A stretch of DNA of 64,000 nucleotides from Cyanophora paradoxa CCMP329 (taxonomy: Eukaryota; Plantae; Glaucophyta): assembly GCA_004431415.1 (NCBI GenBank), contig QPMI01000059.1, positions 124,001-188,000 on the forward strand. Reading direction: 5' to 3'. This document shows positions 7,397 to 16,431 of this stretch, in pieces (position 1 is the first letter of the stretch; every line of letters begins with the position of its first letter). The notes under the pieces are model-generated. The model was not told the origin of the DNA. It saw nothing but the letters and a program-made list of their open reading frames with translations, and ran no database searches. The translations under genes were made by a program, and so were the position numbers.

Positions 7397-10338
7397 ACGA
7401 TTATGGAGCTTCGCAACCCAATTAAAGCACTCCGGATTAAATTCGTCCTCAGCGAGAACCGGTTAATGAGTGTCTCGGGATCCTGAAATTCGAGAGTTAC
7501 ACCCCGTGGTGGGCGGAGTGCATTCTCAGGGCATCTTTTCCCGGGAATATAGCTGAATTTGCCCATGTTCTCAAACGCATTTCGGTCGAACTCTTTCTTA
7601 CTTGTCCATGAACCTTCGATATAAAGACAGTCCGTTCTGATCCCGGCAACCTTGTGCCCGCGTGCTGTCAGGCGCTTGTATTGCGCAAACATATTAGCGC
7701 GGTTACGATCGTAAATATGAAAGTGGATAGGAAGGAATCCGTTAACGAGCTCGCGGTGGGAGCTGATCTTAACGAAATAGATGTGACCTTCGAATTCGCT
7801 AAGAGTTTTGACACGTTTCGAATTCTTAGGATTGAAAGTAAACACCTCTACTGTTCCTCCGCATTCTTGGGCGAACCTCTCAGCCTCGGCACGGTTGTAG
7901 AACATTTTCGTGGATGTTTGCGAGTCTTGGAATTTGCCGAGCATTCCGATCTCTTTCACTAAAATGTGTTTCTTGTCCGTGGTTTGAATGTCGCTTGACA
8001 GCACTTTCTTCATCTCAGCGATCGACATATTGGGCACCAAATGCGAAGGCTCCGCGACCGCGATAATCTCTATCTTGTCCTTTACGTCCGCCCAGTGCAT
8101 GGAGAGAGTGTAGCCTGTCATGAAATTATAACAGCGACCACTCACGGAAAATGCGCGATCCAGAATAATTTCGATTCCATCAATCTTGCGAGACATGGCG
8201 GCATCATAATCTACATCCTCATCGTCGGCGAAAGTCGCTTGCTCTCTCTCAAACGCAACGACACGCACGTAGTAGATCGCGTATTCGAGAATATCGCTTC
8301 CCGCTTTAAAGGGAACGAAGTCATCAAACACATTGTATTTCGGAAGATATTGCATGCCTTTCAGTATCGAAGGGTAGCACTTCGCCATATCGACAGCTGT
8401 GTAGGTAGCTTTCGGGTTCGGCTTATAGAAAAAGCCGCTTAGTGCGGATCGCTTGTAGTGCGTGAGAATTTCGCGCATGTTCGGGCTGTAATGTGAGATA
8501 TTCGTCGCATTTAGAAGCGACTCGCGGAAACCCTTCCCGATTTCACAGACCTTATTATAATACTCCTCTGTTTCGAAATCTTGCTCAATAAAGTGGTCTG
8601 TTGTGCGCGGATCTTTGATAGAGAACATGGAGCCATTAGCTTTGAATGTGATGCTGTCGATCTGTTTCGATGGTGTAAGCTTCACAGCGGGCTCATATCG
8701 CATTTTCAGGAACGTAAATAGAAGCCCTTCCAGACCTTCGCGCCCAGTATAAAGAATGCGAATGAAACTGCGCTCGTCGGGCGATAGTTTTAATTGCGTG
8801 ATCTTTAACAGATCCTTGGATGTGTGCGCGAAGATATCGTGAGTAAGACACGTCGGAATTTTATAGAGTGCTAACGAAGAGGTCGACTTAGGAACATGAT
8901 TATCGAGCTCTTCGACCTCCATCTTTGCCATGCGCATTTCGAGCGACTTGATGTTATCGTTGAATATATAGATGTGCTTGTTGTGAATCATAAAGTGAAT
9001 ATTGCGTGGAAAGATGTTTTTGTTAATTGATTCCGCCGCGAATTTGTATATTAACTTTCCGTCGACATCAAAGACGCGGAAGCCTGTCTGGATTCTCTTA
9101 CAGAATTTCTCAATTTGGCGGAGCGTGAGAGCCAGAGAGTCGCCAGGTGTGCGTTCGCGACCGTGAAAGAATTTATAGAGACCGTCGTAGGACATAGTTA
9201 AGTCAGTATATCGCGGTTTTGGCGCCTCCTGACACTTCTTAATGGACGCTCCCCATGTGGAGATGATCATATCATAGCCGCAAGCGTTAGATGTCGATGA
9301 TTTGGGAAGCTCAATAACATCTTCGAACTCAGACGCGTTTGGATTTAATGTATAGTCTGTGAATTTGCTCATAATCGCGGTGCATCGCATACTGTCCATT
9401 AGCTCCTCATCCAGGAACTCATAGCGATTGCCAGGTATAGCGCCGGCTCCATCGTCCTCGACACCTTCGTCCCCATCGATCGCGACCTCATGAACAGTTA
9501 TAAAGGCATCATCGATACTGCCGCCAAAATCATCGAAACCTTTGCGTAGTTTTTTCTGTTCCTCGGTTGGTGGTGTCTTAAAGAAGAACATCTCGTATGC
9601 TTGTCCGAAAGTTCCCAGACGAATCTTCAATTCATCGTAGTTTTCGAGTAAATCGAAGATTGATTCGCTCTCATGCCAATCATGACGAACTTGACCCGGT
9701 CTAATTAGAATTTGAGACATTCTATCCATTTTCGCCAGAGCAAAGCTTCGCAACACACTCACCGAAACTGTCTCTCTTATATTGCGGTAGGTGACAAAGG
9801 TTCTGTCTGGTATATTTAATTCGGGAATTCCGGGAATAACAATTACCTCCGACGACCGAGCACCGGATCCAGGTCCCCATAGCTTGAACGTAATTGTTGC
9901 GAGAGTTTCCGGATCGTATGCGGCGATTGGGTCGAGAATAGTGCGTTTGATCGCATCCTCTACCGCTTTTAGTTTACCTCTCTGCTGCTTTGCTTCGAGC
10001 TTCGCTTCTTTCGCTCGTTTCTGTTCTTGCTTGCGATCGAAGCGCTGTAAACGCTTAGCCTCTTGTTCTTTTTGCTTTTGCTTTTCTATATTAACTTGGG
10101 TGCGAGCGGCGCGCTTTTCTTTCCGCTCTGCCCTGCGGAAAACGCGGGGATTAATGATGCCATTCAGAGTATCCCGAATGTCTATCAGCGTTTGGAGCTT
10201 GGGCTTCCGATTCATTGTGTTGTGCATCGCCCAATGCGCCTGTTCTTCGGTTAGCAAATCCTGACTCAATCCCTGCATAATGTATCCGATAATTTCATCC
10301 CGAACATTGTTAGCGATTCTGTTGGTTGCGCGCGGCAT
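7312..10338 (-). CDS. Divergent protein-primed family B DNA polymerase-like polyprotein (basic N-terminus, putative vOTU protease region, polymerase palm)
   Basis: AVDMAKCYPSIL (motif A), KHILVKEIGMLGK (degenerate motif B), AGIRTDCLYI (motif C). SNACGY..HNKHIY is a candidate Cys/His dyad. No clear exonuclease motifs. Confidence 0.75.
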   Translation of the reverse strand: MPRATNRIANNVRDEIIGYIMQGLSQDLLTEEQAHWAMHNTMNRKPKLQTLIDIRDTLNGIINPRVFRRAERKEKRAARTQVNIEKQKQKEQEAKRLQRFDRKQEQKRAKEAKLEAKQQRGKLKAVEDAIKRTILDPIAAYDPETLATITFKLWGPGSGARSSEVIVIPGIPELNIPDRTFVTYRNIRETVSVSVLRSFALAKMDRMSQILIRPGQVRHDWHESESIFDLLENYDELKIRLGTFGQAYEMFFFKTPPTEEQKKLRKGFDDFGGSIDDAFITVHEVAIDGDEGVEDDGAGAIPGNRYEFLDEELMDSMRCTAIMSKFTDYTLNPNASEFEDVIELPKSSTSNACGYDMIISTWGASIKKCQEAPKPRYTDLTMSYDGLYKFFHGRERTPGDSLALTLRQIEKFCKRIQTGFRVFDVDGKLIYKFAAESINKNIFPRNIHFMIHNKHIYIFNDNIKSLEMRMAKMEVEELDNHVPKSTSSLALYKIPTCLTHDIFAHTSKDLLKITQLKLSPDERSFIRILYTGREGLEGLLFTFLKMRYEPAVKLTPSKQIDSITFKANGSMFSIKDPRTTDHFIEQDFETEEYYNKVCEIGKGFRESLLNATNISHYSPNMREILTHYKRSALSGFFYKPNPKATYTAVDMAKCYPSILKGMQYLPKYNVFDDFVPFKAGSDILEYAIYYVRVVAFEREQATFADDEDVDYDAAMSRKIDGIEIILDRAFSVSGRCYNFMTGYTLSMHWADVKDKIEIIAVAEPSHLVPNMSIAEMKKVLSSDIQTTDKKHILVKEIGMLGKFQDSQTSTKMFYNRAEAERFAQECGGTVEVFTFNPKNSKRVKTLSEFEGHIYFVKISSHRELVNGFLPIHFHIYDRNRANMFAQYKRLTARGHKVAGIRTDCLYIEGSWTSKKEFDRNAFENMGKFSYIPGKRCPENALRPPRGVTLEFQDPETLINRFSLRTNLIRSALIGLRSSIIVCLSLLTCPEVESRHSVLTVSHLKSQIA

Positions 10339-10357
10339 CTCTATTAGTTCTTTTAAA

Positions 10358-10373
10358 ATAACCGGAGAAAATA
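10358..10373 (-). promoter_or_regulatory. Candidate promoter motif TATTTTCTCCGGTTAT upstream of the PolB-like gene
   Basis: An identical 16-mer lies at 10926-10941 upstream of the AT-hook gene. Confidence 0.55.
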
Positions 10374-10506
10374 ATTTCGGCGCAATCTACCAAATTCTCC
10401 TTTTCATACCCTTGTCGCCAATTCTTTAAGTGCTTTTTGACCGATACGGGGAATAAAAAGGGAGGTAAAAAATTAATCATTTTTTGCATCGTGCGGATAC
10501 TTTCCG

Positions 10507-10920
10507 CTACGGATTTTTCGCGTTCTCGACAACATGCTTTCGGGGTCTCCCAGCGGGCTTTTGCGGCTGGGGCTTTACCGGCGGATTCAGCTTTCGTTCC
10601 GCTCTCTTTCTGCGTTGGTATTCCCGTGCCTTTTCCCTGATTTTCTCCCGATACTCTTCATCGTCTTGGTATCGCTGCTGTTTACGAATTGCGATCTTTT
10701 GTAGCTGCTCCGGGGTAAATACGGTCGCTTCCCCTGCGGCTAATCGCTCTTGCTTTTGTCTCTGATGCTTGTTTCGCTGCCGCTCTGCATCTTTCTCGCG
10801 TTTTAGTCTTAATCTCTCCGCTTTCTCCTCTTCTGTGATCACCTTCTTCGGTCGCCCTGGTCTGCGCTTTTCTTGCTGTGCCGCCATTGCCTCTTGGTTT
10901 GAAATCTTGGGTTTCGCCAT
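10507..10920 (-). CDS. Small basic AT-hook/coiled-coil DNA-binding protein
   Basis: RRPGRPKK and AGRPRK AT-hook motifs flank K/R/E/Q-rich helices. Confidence 0.7.
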   Translation of the reverse strand: MAKPKISNQEAMAAQQEKRRPGRPKKVITEEEKAERLRLKREKDAERQRNKHQRQKQERLAAGEATVFTPEQLQKIAIRKQQRYQDDEEYREKIREKAREYQRRKRAERKLNPPVKPQPQKPAGRPRKHVVENAKNP

Positions 10921-10925
10921 TTACT

Positions 10926-10941
10926 ATAACCGGAGAAAATA
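10926..10941 (-). promoter_or_regulatory. Second copy of the candidate promoter motif
   Basis: ATAACCGGAGAAAATA on the + strand, 5 bp from the ATG at 10920. Confidence 0.55.
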
Positions 10942-11044
10942 GTTTTTTGTCACTCTGTATTATTTCCCTTGCCCTTATATACCTTTTACCGAAACCTTCA
11001 ATTTTTGCCCTCGGATCGATAGGAGCACCACCGAAATTCACCGC

Positions 11045-11461
11045 TCAATAACCGTTCCAGACGGTTCTTTCTTGTTGCTGAGGATATACATAAGGGTTTG
11101 TTAAGCTGTCATCGTCGCCTAATGCCATTTGATCCAATCTATACATCGGATAAGGTGAATCAGCGCGCAAATGCCCTTCCACAAATTCGGGACATGATCG
11201 CCTTCTAATATGCTCTACATGCACATCCTCTATCTGAGAGGTCTCGATATTGGAACTCATAGCCGCGGGCACAGGCGAGGGCGATCGAGATCGTGGGTGG
11301 TTGTGATTGTCGCTGTGGTTAGAATATACAGAAAGGCGCCTACCTCCATTATCCTCGCCATCTGATATTTCGATTTCTACGGTTGTGTCACAGCATGGAC
11401 TGTGGCAATTAGACACGACGTGAAGCTGAAACATCTCAATGCATTGTGTGATGAAATTCAT
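11045..11461 (-). CDS. Hypothetical protein
   Basis: Co-oriented ORF filling the gap between neighbours. ATG at 11461 follows an AT-rich tract. No motif recognised. Confidence 0.45.
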   Translation of the reverse strand: MNFITQCIEMFQLHVVSNCHSPCCDTTVEIEISDGEDNGGRRLSVYSNHSDNHNHPRSRSPSPVPAAMSSNIETSQIEDVHVEHIRRRSCPEFVEGHLRADSPYPMYRLDQMALGDDDSLTNPYVYPQQQERTVWNGY

Positions 11462-11665
11462 CGACCCTACAAATGGGCAACGTATTAAATATGTGAGAAA
11501 ATAAAAGGGAATGAGGCTATTGCTTGCTCGTGTGTTCCCATACGAGTTGGTCGACCTTATAATGCTGTTTATGGAGCCGACATGCCCGTTTTGCAATGGC
11601 ATTCATATTAAGACCCGCTCTAAATACGGGCGGATTCAGCTTTGCCTTGCGGATATTCACAGCCA

Positions 11666-12349
11666 TTAGCGGATATGGCGTTTACCACCAAGCATTGCGG
11701 CATAATTTACGGGTGCAGTCGGCACTATATGTGCATATTGCGGGGCGACCGATTGCTGACGAGTCACGGCTTGCGCATCTGTCTTTTCCTCCTTTTTAAT
11801 CTCCTCTACGTCGACTTTTTGCTTTAATCCGAGTTTCGAGATCTCTTTCTTTACGAGCCCCTTTAATTTCTTGCGTTCGTTATAATCTTGCATCCATTTC
11901 TCGTAGTTTGACACTTTCATTTCAAGATCTCGCACTTTCTCTTCGAAGCTCATGACAACGTCGACTGGAACAGTGTGTTTTTGATAGGATCCGCGCTTTT
12001 TAAGCTCGGTTTCGGCGGCTTTCGGGACGTCTTGTGTCTTGTGCTGGCTTGCAACAACTTGCGCTTTGAGTACTTTGTCGGTTGCTTCATCAACAGAGCC
12101 GCCTCCAATCTGTGGTTTTACAGTAGCTAAATCCTCCATTTGGCGTTTACCGCTATCTTGGTTTCCCTTGTCCGCGGTGGCACTCGCAATAATTGCCTCT
12201 TGCTTGGCAACCTCCTCTGGCGAAGTGTCTACAAGATATTCGGGCATTTCGAGACCGCCACCCGACGTTAATCCAGACTCTTCAAGCCCGCGATTAGGAT
12301 TACCAGAAGCGACCGTTTGAATGGTTTGAGGCTTCTTTCGGTAGACCAT
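11666..12349 (-). CDS. Hypothetical coiled-coil protein (possible virion core protein)
   Basis: 227-aa ORF starting 2 bp after the ATPase stop; K/E-rich helices. Confidence 0.65.
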   Translation of the reverse strand: MVYRKKPQTIQTVASGNPNRGLEESGLTSGGGLEMPEYLVDTSPEEVAKQEAIIASATADKGNQDSGKRQMEDLATVKPQIGGGSVDEATDKVLKAQVVASQHKTQDVPKAAETELKKRGSYQKHTVPVDVVMSFEEKVRDLEMKVSNYEKWMQDYNERKKLKGLVKKEISKLGLKQKVDVEEIKKEEKTDAQAVTRQQSVAPQYAHIVPTAPVNYAAMLGGKRHIR

Positions 12350-12351
12350 GA

Positions 12352-13218
12352 TTATCTTTTCTTACACTTGATTAACATTTTCTTTTTCTTGGGCGAAATT
12401 TGCGAAAGTTTGGGGATACCTTCAAGCTCACGCTCAAATTTGGATAAAGTTTTGCATACAGTTGTCGAATCTTTGACAGGCGGCGGTTTTGTAGCTTGCT
12501 CCTCTTGTTGTTTGCGCTTCTTTTCTTCAAAAGCCGCCCGCTTGTGGAATTTCGTAAACGGATGGTCATCGATCATATCGGCTTTTTCGACCCACCATCG
12601 CACAGAATACCCGGTATTATCGTGAATGATCGCTTGGTAGCTATGACAGAATTCTTGGAACATGCGCTTAAAACTCTCTTTATCCATGTTCCCGAACTCT
12701 TCGTGATATGCTTCAAACTCTCGCATGTTTGACCAGCTTAGGAATATGATATACTCCGCATTGCTGCGAATGATCGTTGAAAGTTTTGTTAGTTTCTGCG
12801 ATATTAAAGCCACGGAACAAAACGTATGACGACCTTGCGCCATCAATTTATTTAGCAAATGATCGCGCGAAAGATCGATAGTTCCGGACTCCAAACAATC
12901 GTCGAGCACAATAAGAATATTCTTTGGTTTCTTACCCGCAATGATAGCCTTTTTGCGGGCTTCTATGATCGACTCTACGTATTCCGGTTTCCAGGTATCA
13001 TGTACTTCGTCTGTTATTTGACCCCAGAAACCGTTAAAACTCGTAGGACAGAAAACCAGAACATACGAGATCTGGTCTTCGAGTTCTTTGATCAGCCACT
13101 TTAAGAATACCGATTTACCACAATTGGTTTTCGCCAATAGGAGAAATCGTGCGGGAAGTTTCACCCTTTGTTTCGGGTTCCATTCTTCGAGATCCATGGG
13201 CGTCGTCCCTTTTTGCAT
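12352..13218 (-). CDS. A32/FtsK-HerA-like genome packaging ATPase
   Basis: LLAKTNCGKS (Walker A), ILIVLDDCL (Walker B), QGRH, ISQKL, IRSNAEY. Lies next to the MCP. ATG at 13218 preferred. Confidence 0.92.
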   Translation of the reverse strand: MQKGTTPMDLEEWNPKQRVKLPARFLLLAKTNCGKSVFLKWLIKELEDQISYVLVFCPTSFNGFWGQITDEVHDTWKPEYVESIIEARKKAIIAGKKPKNILIVLDDCLESGTIDLSRDHLLNKLMAQGRHTFCSVALISQKLTKLSTIIRSNAEYIIFLSWSNMREFEAYHEEFGNMDKESFKRMFQEFCHSYQAIIHDNTGYSVRWWVEKADMIDDHPFTKFHKRAAFEEKKRKQQEEQATKPPPVKDSTTVCKTLSKFERELEGIPKLSQISPKKKKMLIKCKKR

Positions 13219-13276
13219 TCTTTCACTATAAAAACAATAGAAAAATAAGACTGAATGTGGTAATCGCACGAATTCC

Positions 13277-14590
13277 TCATGCTGATACTCTTCGGATTCC
13301 GTCGGCGGAAATTATCATTATGTTATGAGCGAGGGCAATGCACTGAATTTGCATCTTCTGATACGCGGAGCCCGCATACCACTCCTCATTACCGACTCCA
13401 CCGGCTGTGACACCGTTGAATTCGAAGACCAGATCGAACGCCGATGTGCCTGTGGCATCGATGTAGCCCGTGTTCTCTTGGTTGAGAAGCGACGCCTTTC
13501 CGTTTCCAGCACCGAAGTAAATGCCAGTGAGAGCGGGGTAGCTTGTGCTCTCGGTAAAGATCGCCGAATTATATTTATCTTGAAGTTCGGTCGCGGCAAT
13601 CATGAGAGGAAGCGAAGTATTCGAGTAAAGGCGGTTATTGTTGAGTTCCACATAGAAGTTCACAGCGTTGGTTCGGAGTGCACGAGGAGCCAGAACCGAG
13701 AGAGTTCCGTTGTTCACCTTCGTCTTCGCGTTTTGGCGCACAGAGAATACGAGAGTGTGGATGAGACCCGCACCTGTGAGTTGCGAGAGATTGACTCGCG
13801 AACCGGAGGCGGTCGGCTGGAAATCTGTGTGGAGGAAACCGATTTCGTTGTAGGGGATCGCGATACCAGTCGATTTAACACGGGCAATGGTCTCAGATAC
13901 AACCGCCTCATCGGCATTTACGACCTTGCAGATAATGCGGGGTTTCAGCACTTGAAGGGAAGCACCACTGTTTACGACCGAAATATTGCCAACATTGTTT
14001 ACATCCTCAATGATACCATCACCAATCGCCTTGAATTCGATTTCGACCACGATCTCAGAGTTCAGAGCGCAAAGTGGGAACATCGCCTTCTCGAAAGGAG
14101 AGGGTAAATCGATTTCGTAGGTTCCACCGACAGTGTTACCAGCGGTTCCGACAAGACCACCCACATAGCGAAGTTTCTTATCGAGTTCGCCCTGTTCGGT
14201 CATCAGTAGAAAATACTGGGTGACGAAATCCTCTGGGACAACATAGCGGAATGAAGCGTGAGAGATTTCAATGCGCTTAATTAGCGATCCAATAACGCGA
14301 AGGTAGCCAGTAGTTCCAGCGACACCATTCGTGAGATCAGTGAGGGTGATCGGGTTAAGATCGAGTTGCAGCGCGAGACCATTCAGGAAATGGTAGCGGG
14401 GGATTTTGAAGACAACTCGGTTGCCGAGAGCGCTGGGTGGCTCAGTGTCGGGGGCGACCAGAACTCGAAGTGGCTTAGTGCCAGAGGACGTTCCAATGAC
14501 CAGCGACTTGTTTAGGAAATAATCCTTGTAGTCATCGGTGGTGAGCATAGATTTCAGCGTTGGGCGCTGGAATTGGCTGTTAGTCTCCAT
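13277..14590 (-). CDS. Double jelly-roll major capsid protein
   Basis: 437 aa, beta-rich. GNRVVFKIPR, LIKRIEI, FPLCALNSEIVVEIEF and C-terminal IALAHNIMIISADG follow PLV/NCLDV MCP patterns. Sits between the ATPase and minor-capsid-like genes. Confidence 0.85.
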   Translation of the reverse strand: METNSQFQRPTLKSMLTTDDYKDYFLNKSLVIGTSSGTKPLRVLVAPDTEPPSALGNRVVFKIPRYHFLNGLALQLDLNPITLTDLTNGVAGTTGYLRVIGSLIKRIEISHASFRYVVPEDFVTQYFLLMTEQGELDKKLRYVGGLVGTAGNTVGGTYEIDLPSPFEKAMFPLCALNSEIVVEIEFKAIGDGIIEDVNNVGNISVVNSGASLQVLKPRIICKVVNADEAVVSETIARVKSTGIAIPYNEIGFLHTDFQPTASGSRVNLSQLTGAGLIHTLVFSVRQNAKTKVNNGTLSVLAPRALRTNAVNFYVELNNNRLYSNTSLPLMIAATELQDKYNSAIFTESTSYPALTGIYFGAGNGKASLLNQENTGYIDATGTSAFDLVFEFNGVTAGGVGNEEWYAGSAYQKMQIQCIALAHNIMIISADGIRRVSA

Positions 14591-14637
14591 GAGCGTTTCT
14601 TCTCTTATCTTTGGGATCAGAAAATAATTTACAGGGC

Positions 14638-15563
14638 TCAATAGAAATTCATTTCGGGCGGTGCGTCGTAGGTTTCGATTTCAAAAGTGAAATAATGCGC
14701 CCAAACCCCGAAATCTAAGAGAGCGCCATCATGGTCGATGAGTTTAATCGTGAGGCGGTCGAAAGATTTTAATTCGCGGAATTCACGAATGAGAGGCACC
14801 GTAGTGGACGTGTCGAAGTGGTAGATATCACCATGTTCGAGTTCCTGTGGGATTGGAATGCGCATGAAATAACCATCGACGTGCTTGTTGACTGAGCGAA
14901 TAAACGGCGCAAATTCATCAATATATAGCCAGATCATCGCCGCCGGGGTCTCATCTCCACGAGTATAGCCGCGAATGCGTCGATTGAGTGTCACAGTTCC
15001 CGTCCCAGGATTAAACACAAGGAATGTATCGCTTGCAAAAGGGGTAAATGTCTCGTAAACATATAGCTGAATATCTTTGAAACCGAATATTGCGAGTTTC
15101 TTAGCGATTGCTTTGCGATTACTGGATTTTCTGAGTGTTTCAGGGAAGCTTTGGAGAACTTGAACCAAAAGTTACTATCACTGAAAAACTCATAGATCTT
15201 TGAAGTAGTATTATAGCGGCATTTAATATATTTTCCACCGAAATCTGAAAGGCGAGCTGCTTCGAGTCTTTCTGTGACTTTTGCGGCAAGGTCGTCTTTG
15301 GTGTAAAATCCTTTGGGGATTGTGATGGTCACGAATCCGGAATCCGAAGCTGTGACCGAGAAATAGAGTTCCATGCGCTCGATGGTTGCACCAGTGGCGT
15401 CTATATCATTTGTCACAGTCGAAAGAACATTGGGAACCGTTGCCTGCACCAGGCGCACCGATTTTACGTTGTCATAGCGACGGGGTAATGTCACTACATA
15501 CTTGTTTGGCTCTATGAACTCCTCGTCGCGATCATCGCTCGAAAAGCTCAGGTATTCTTTCAT
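14638..15563 (-). CDS. Minor capsid (penton)-like protein, split by one frameshift near 15150
   Basis: N-half LSFSSDDRD..YVVTLPRRYDNVKSVRLVQATVPN; C-half IWLYIDE..FDRLTIKLIDHDGALLDF..FTFEIE. One extra A in TCC AAA GCT (minus strand) would join the two frames. Confidence 0.7.
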
Positions 15564-15579
15564 CTTACTATAATAGATT

Positions 15580-16425
15580 ATGAAAAGAATAACAATAAAT
15601 TGCGACAGTAGAGACCTTGAAAACGGCGTGCTGCACTTGAAAACGCGCCTTAATAATGTAAGGCGATTTCGTGTGCTATCCGCTGAGATTCCCAATAGCT
15701 CTTATGTTGTTCCGCCCGATCAGACAATTACTATAACGCTTCTGAACGAAGAGCCCACGGTAATCCCCGCATCCAAAATGATAGCACCGATTCCCAGCGT
15801 AAACGATTATTATTACGTTGATGCTGATAACGAACGATATCCGAAAGAGAGAGCTTTAAACAGTGATGCTTTACTCGGATTTGCGGGCGGTTCTTTTAAT
15901 CCACTCGGTGTCTTCCCGGTTTCCTATTCTCTCGCTCTGTCCACAAACCGCTTCGTGTTCTCGTCTCCAAACAGCCCGTTTACATTAGTGTCCTCAGACC
16001 AGGAGCTCTGTGATTGTCTCGGCATAGAACCCGGAGTGGTTTACGCCAGCACACCAGAACCAGTGACGGTTCCACTCAGAGATTACCCCAGTCGCTATGC
16101 ATTTACGTGCCCGAAAATGGTCGACTTTAATGCGATTCCATATATTTACCTTGATATCGAAGAGCTCCGCCCGTTTACCAAATTCGCAGCGGTTACAGGT
16201 AGACTGAACAATGTCGACGACTCCTATCTATTGCGAATTCAGATGAACTCGGACTTTGGTAGATATTCCTTTTACCACGAACCGAGCGCAAGCATCCCTT
16301 TCGTAAATGTCACATCGCAACTCGATTTAGATCGTCTCACAATTTCGCTTCGAAAATGGCGGGGCTCTGTTGCGGATATAAACGGTCTCGCATTCTCGTT
16401 CCAGCTCGAAGTGATCACGGATTAA
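15580..16425 (+). CDS. Second minor capsid (penton)-like protein
   Basis: ITINCDSRD..LNNVRRFRVLSAEIPN..YIYLDIEEL..LDRLTISLR..DINGLAFSFQLEV; same pattern as 14638-15563. Confidence 0.72.
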   Translation: MKRITINCDSRDLENGVLHLKTRLNNVRRFRVLSAEIPNSSYVVPPDQTITITLLNEEPTVIPASKMIAPIPSVNDYYYVDADNERYPKERALNSDALLGFAGGSFNPLGVFPVSYSLALSTNRFVFSSPNSPFTLVSSDQELCDCLGIEPGVVYASTPEPVTVPLRDYPSRYAFTCPKMVDFNAIPYIYLDIEELRPFTKFAAVTGRLNNVDDSYLLRIQMNSDFGRYSFYHEPSASIPFVNVTSQLDLDRLTISLRKWRGSVADINGLAFSFQLEVITD

Positions 16426-16431
16426 GCGCTG

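Noticed and set aside
13325-14107. 260-aa plus-strand ORF
   Set aside because: Antisense shadow of the major capsid gene.
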